A DNA stretch of 64,000 nucleotides from Acutalibacteraceae bacterium (lineage in GTDB: Bacteria; Bacillota; Clostridia; Oscillospirales; Acutalibacteraceae). Made by a program: the position numbers and the translations under genes. The DNA lies in assembly GCA_045544055.1 (NCBI GenBank), contig JAZPYF010000045.1, positions 13,597 to 77,596 on the forward strand. The letters are read 5' to 3'. Positions 61,710 to 64,000 of the stretch are shown here, piece by piece; within the stretch, counting starts at the first letter, position 1; each line of letters begins with the position of its first letter. The notes beneath the pieces are model-generated. The model had not been told where the DNA came from and ran no database searches. It saw only the letters and a list, made by a program, of their open reading frames with translations.

Positions 61710-63761
61710 TTGAAAGCGTACAACGCAAAAGACATCCGTAACATTGCTCTTGCAGGTCATGGTGACAGAGGTAAGACAACTCTTGCTGAAGCCATGCTTT
61801 ATATTGCTAAGGCAACAGACCGTCTCGGTCGTGTTGCAGACGGAAACACAGTTCTCGACTTTGACCCCGAGGAGAAGCGCCGCACAGCGTCTGTCTCCAC
61901 AGCTGTTGCTCCTCTCGAGTGGAACGGCAAAAAGGTCAACCTGATTGACACTCCCGGTATGTTCGACTTCGCAGGCGGTATCTCCGAAGGTATGCGCGCT
62001 GCAGAATGTGCACTTATCGTTGTCGGCGGCAGCATGGAAAAGTTTGACGTCGGTGCAGAAAAGGCTATGAAGGCTGCCGACAAGCGCGGCATCGCAAAGA
62101 TGTTTGCAGTTACAAGACTCGATACCGAGCATAACGATTTCTACCGCACATTCAATACAATCGTTGCACAGGTCGGTGCTTCTGCCTGCCCGATGGTTGT
62201 TCCTCAGATTGTCGACGGTAAGATTGTCAGCTACGTAAACCTTGTAACAAACAAGGCTTATTCATACACATATGGCAACGCAAACGAAATCGCAATGCCC
62301 GACGATGACAGAGTCAACGCTATGAGAGATATCTTCAACGAGGCTGTTGCTTCTGCTGATGAAGCTCTTATGGAGAAGTTCTTTGAGGGTGAGGAGTTTA
62401 CTCACGAAGAAATCGTTAACGGTCTTAAAGAGGGTATTGCTACAGGCGCAGTTGTTCCCGTATTCGCTTGTGCAGGCTACACAATGGATGCTGTTGATAT
62501 GCTCCTTGACGGTATTGCCAGCTTTGCTCCCGATGCAACACTTGCAAAAGAAGGCGACGTTGAATGTGACGAAAACGGTCCTCTTGCTGCAATCTGCTTC
62601 AAGACAGTTGCTGACCCGTTTGTAGGCAAGATGTCATATTTCAAGGTTGTTTCCGGTAAGCTCGCTTCCGATACAGCTGCTGTCAACTCACGCACAGGTG
62701 AGCCTGAGAGAATGGGTAAGATCGTTACCGTACGCGGCGGCAAGCAGGAAGACGCTGCTTGTATCCCTGCAGGTGATATCGGCGCAGTTACAAAGCTTGC
62801 AAACACAGTTACAGGCGACACACTCTACGCTCCGAAGAATGAGGTTGAGCTTGAACCTGTCGTATTCCCCGCACCCTGCTTCTCAATGGCAGTTAATGTC
62901 CGCAAGAAGGGTGAGGAGGAAAAGGTTGCTTCAGGTCTGCTTCGTCTTGCTGAGGAAGACCCGACAATTAAGTTTGAAATCAATAAGGAAACACGTGAGC
63001 AGGTCGTCAGCGGTCTTGGCGAGCAGCACCTTGACGTTGTTAAGTCAAAGCTCAAGGCTAAGTTCGGTGTTGAGGTGGACCTTACTGTTCCCCATGTTGC
63101 ATACAGAGAGACTATCCGCAAGATCGTTGATAAGCAGGGCCGCCATAAGAAGCAGTCCGGCGGTCACGGTCAGTTCGGTGATGTATGGATTCGCTTTGAG
63201 CCCTACATGGGTGAGGAAGACTTTGTATTCACATCCGACGAAGTTGTCGGCGGTGCTGTTCCGAAGAATTTCTTCCCTGCAGTTGAAAAGGGTCTGAGAG
63301 AGTGTATCGCAAAGGGTCTTATTGCGGGCTACCCGATGGTCGGCATCAAGGCTGCTCTTCACGATGGTTCATACCACCCTGTTGACTCTTCCGAAATGGC
63401 TTTCAAGACAGCAGCAGCTCTTGCTTTCAAGGCAGCTATTCCCGAAGCACAGCCCACAATTCTTGAGCCTGTCGGTCTTCTTAAGGTCTATATGCCCGAG
63501 TCAAAGTTCGGCGATATCATGGGCGATATCACAAAGCGTCGCGGCCGTGTTATCGGTATGGGCCCGTCAGATGAGCCTTCACTCCAGGAGTTTGTAGCAG
63601 AGGTTCCCATGGCAGAAATGGGCGATTTCGCAACTGTTCTCCGCCAGGTAACTCAGGGCAGAGGTCACTTCAGCTTCGAGTTTGTACGTTATGAGGATGC
63701 TCCGATGAACGTTCAGCAGAAGGTTATTGAAGAAGCCAAGGCAAGAATGGAAGAAGAATAA
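61710..63761 (+). CDS. elongation factor G paralogue with degenerate GTPase motifs
   Basis: 683 aa with the five-domain EF-G layout, including SGGHGQFGDV and domain IV ALHDGSYHPVDSSEMAFKTAA. The G domain reads GHGDRGKTT (G1), DTPGMFDF (G3) and VTRLD (G4). TTG start 8 nt after AAGGAGG. Confidence 0.85.
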   Translation: MKAYNAKDIRNIALAGHGDRGKTTLAEAMLYIAKATDRLGRVADGNTVLDFDPEEKRRTASVSTAVAPLEWNGKKVNLIDTPGMFDFAGGISEGMRAAECALIVVGGSMEKFDVGAEKAMKAADKRGIAKMFAVTRLDTEHNDFYRTFNTIVAQVGASACPMVVPQIVDGKIVSYVNLVTNKAYSYTYGNANEIAMPDDDRVNAMRDIFNEAVASADEALMEKFFEGEEFTHEEIVNGLKEGIATGAVVPVFACAGYTMDAVDMLLDGIASFAPDATLAKEGDVECDENGPLAAICFKTVADPFVGKMSYFKVVSGKLASDTAAVNSRTGEPERMGKIVTVRGGKQEDAACIPAGDIGAVTKLANTVTGDTLYAPKNEVELEPVVFPAPCFSMAVNVRKKGEEEKVASGLLRLAEEDPTIKFEINKETREQVVSGLGEQHLDVVKSKLKAKFGVEVDLTVPHVAYRETIRKIVDKQGRHKKQSGGHGQFGDVWIRFEPYMGEEDFVFTSDEVVGGAVPKNFFPAVEKGLRECIAKGLIAGYPMVGIKAALHDGSYHPVDSSEMAFKTAAALAFKAAIPEAQPTILEPVGLLKVYMPESKFGDIMGDITKRRGRVIGMGPSDEPSLQEFVAEVPMAEMGDFATVLRQVTQGRGHFSFEFVRYEDAPMNVQQKVIEEAKARMEEE

Positions 63762-63786
63762 TTCCGTTTTTTCTCATAAAAGTATA

Positions 63787-63828
63787 TTCCCCAACCGCAC
63801 CCGCTCGGATGTGGTTGGGGAATTTTTT
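63787..63828. terminator. bidirectional terminator
   Basis: Stem TTCCCCAACC(G)CAC / GTGGTTGGGGAA followed by TTTTTT. Confidence 0.75.
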
Positions 63829-63853
63829 AGTGCTTTTATTAAAGTGAAAATAT

Positions 63854-64000
63854 TACTTAGCGTATTTATTTGCTCGTTTGAAAACAGCTATCAACGGGCA
63901 TATAAGCAGACCGCAAATGAAGTTGCTGATGCCGTGTGTTACGTCAAAAGGCAGACCTGCAGCAATCCATGTGAGCATACCCTCAAAGCTCAGCCCGAAC
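63854..64000 (-). CDS. C-terminal 48 codons of a membrane protein (possibly an ECF S component); the 5' part lies beyond the window
   Basis: Own minus-strand translation ...FGLSFEGMLTWIAAGLPFDVTHGISNFICGLLICPLIAVFKRANKYAK* ends at stop 63854-63856. Hydrophobic. The family assignment is a guess. Confidence 0.35.

Noticed and set aside
1-64000. CRISPR arrays, rRNA genes, tandem repeats, prophage or defence-system genes
   Set aside because: Scanning the intergenic regions and the ORF track showed no spaced direct-repeat arrays, no rRNA-like sequence, and no nuclease, helicase or methylase cassettes beyond housekeeping RecG and RlmD.

Overview
This 64-kb window looks like a chromosomal segment of a Gram-positive anaerobe. 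I infer a cellulosome-producing member of the Clostridia, possibly Ruminococcus-like. The inference rests on AGGAGG-type ribosome-binding sites, TTGACA-N17-TATAAT promoters, the asp23-yloV-recG gene order, and the cohesin and dockerin modules present. About 58 protein genes, one tRNA-Gly(GCC) and one TPP riboswitch can be supported. No CRISPR array, rRNA, transposase, integrase or recognisable defence gene was found.

Most genes are housekeeping: cysK (partial), rarA, luxS, queT, recG, pnp, rpsO, mnmA, glmU, rlmD and thiT.

Five regions deserve attention:
1. 5.3-11.4 kb: an operon combining a split transketolase with a class-III aminotransferase, two paralogous SCP2-like proteins and an SDR. 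This is a candidate pathway acting on a hydrophobic ketol (steroid or lipid). I know of no characterised equivalent.
2. 11.5-17.1 kb: a complete D-allose-type sugar operon (ABC transporter, ROK kinase, 3-epimerase, RpiB).
3. 28.9-33.2 kb: a 2-enoate-reductase-family flavoenzyme and a two-subunit aconitase-X dehydratase, separated by a strongly signalled 38-aa acidic amphipathic peptide gene.
4. 33.2-42.1 kb: an accessory-looking island next to tRNA-Gly. It encodes only exported proteins: two LCAT-family lipase-like paralogues, an alpha/beta hydrolase, a metallophosphoesterase, a single-cohesin/single-dockerin adaptor and a WG-repeat lipoprotein. Its long AT-rich spacers share operator-like motifs.
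5. 61.7-63.8 kb: a stand-alone EF-G paralogue whose catalytic His and NKxD motif are replaced.

All functional calls come from reading the translations and motifs by eye. No database search was run.
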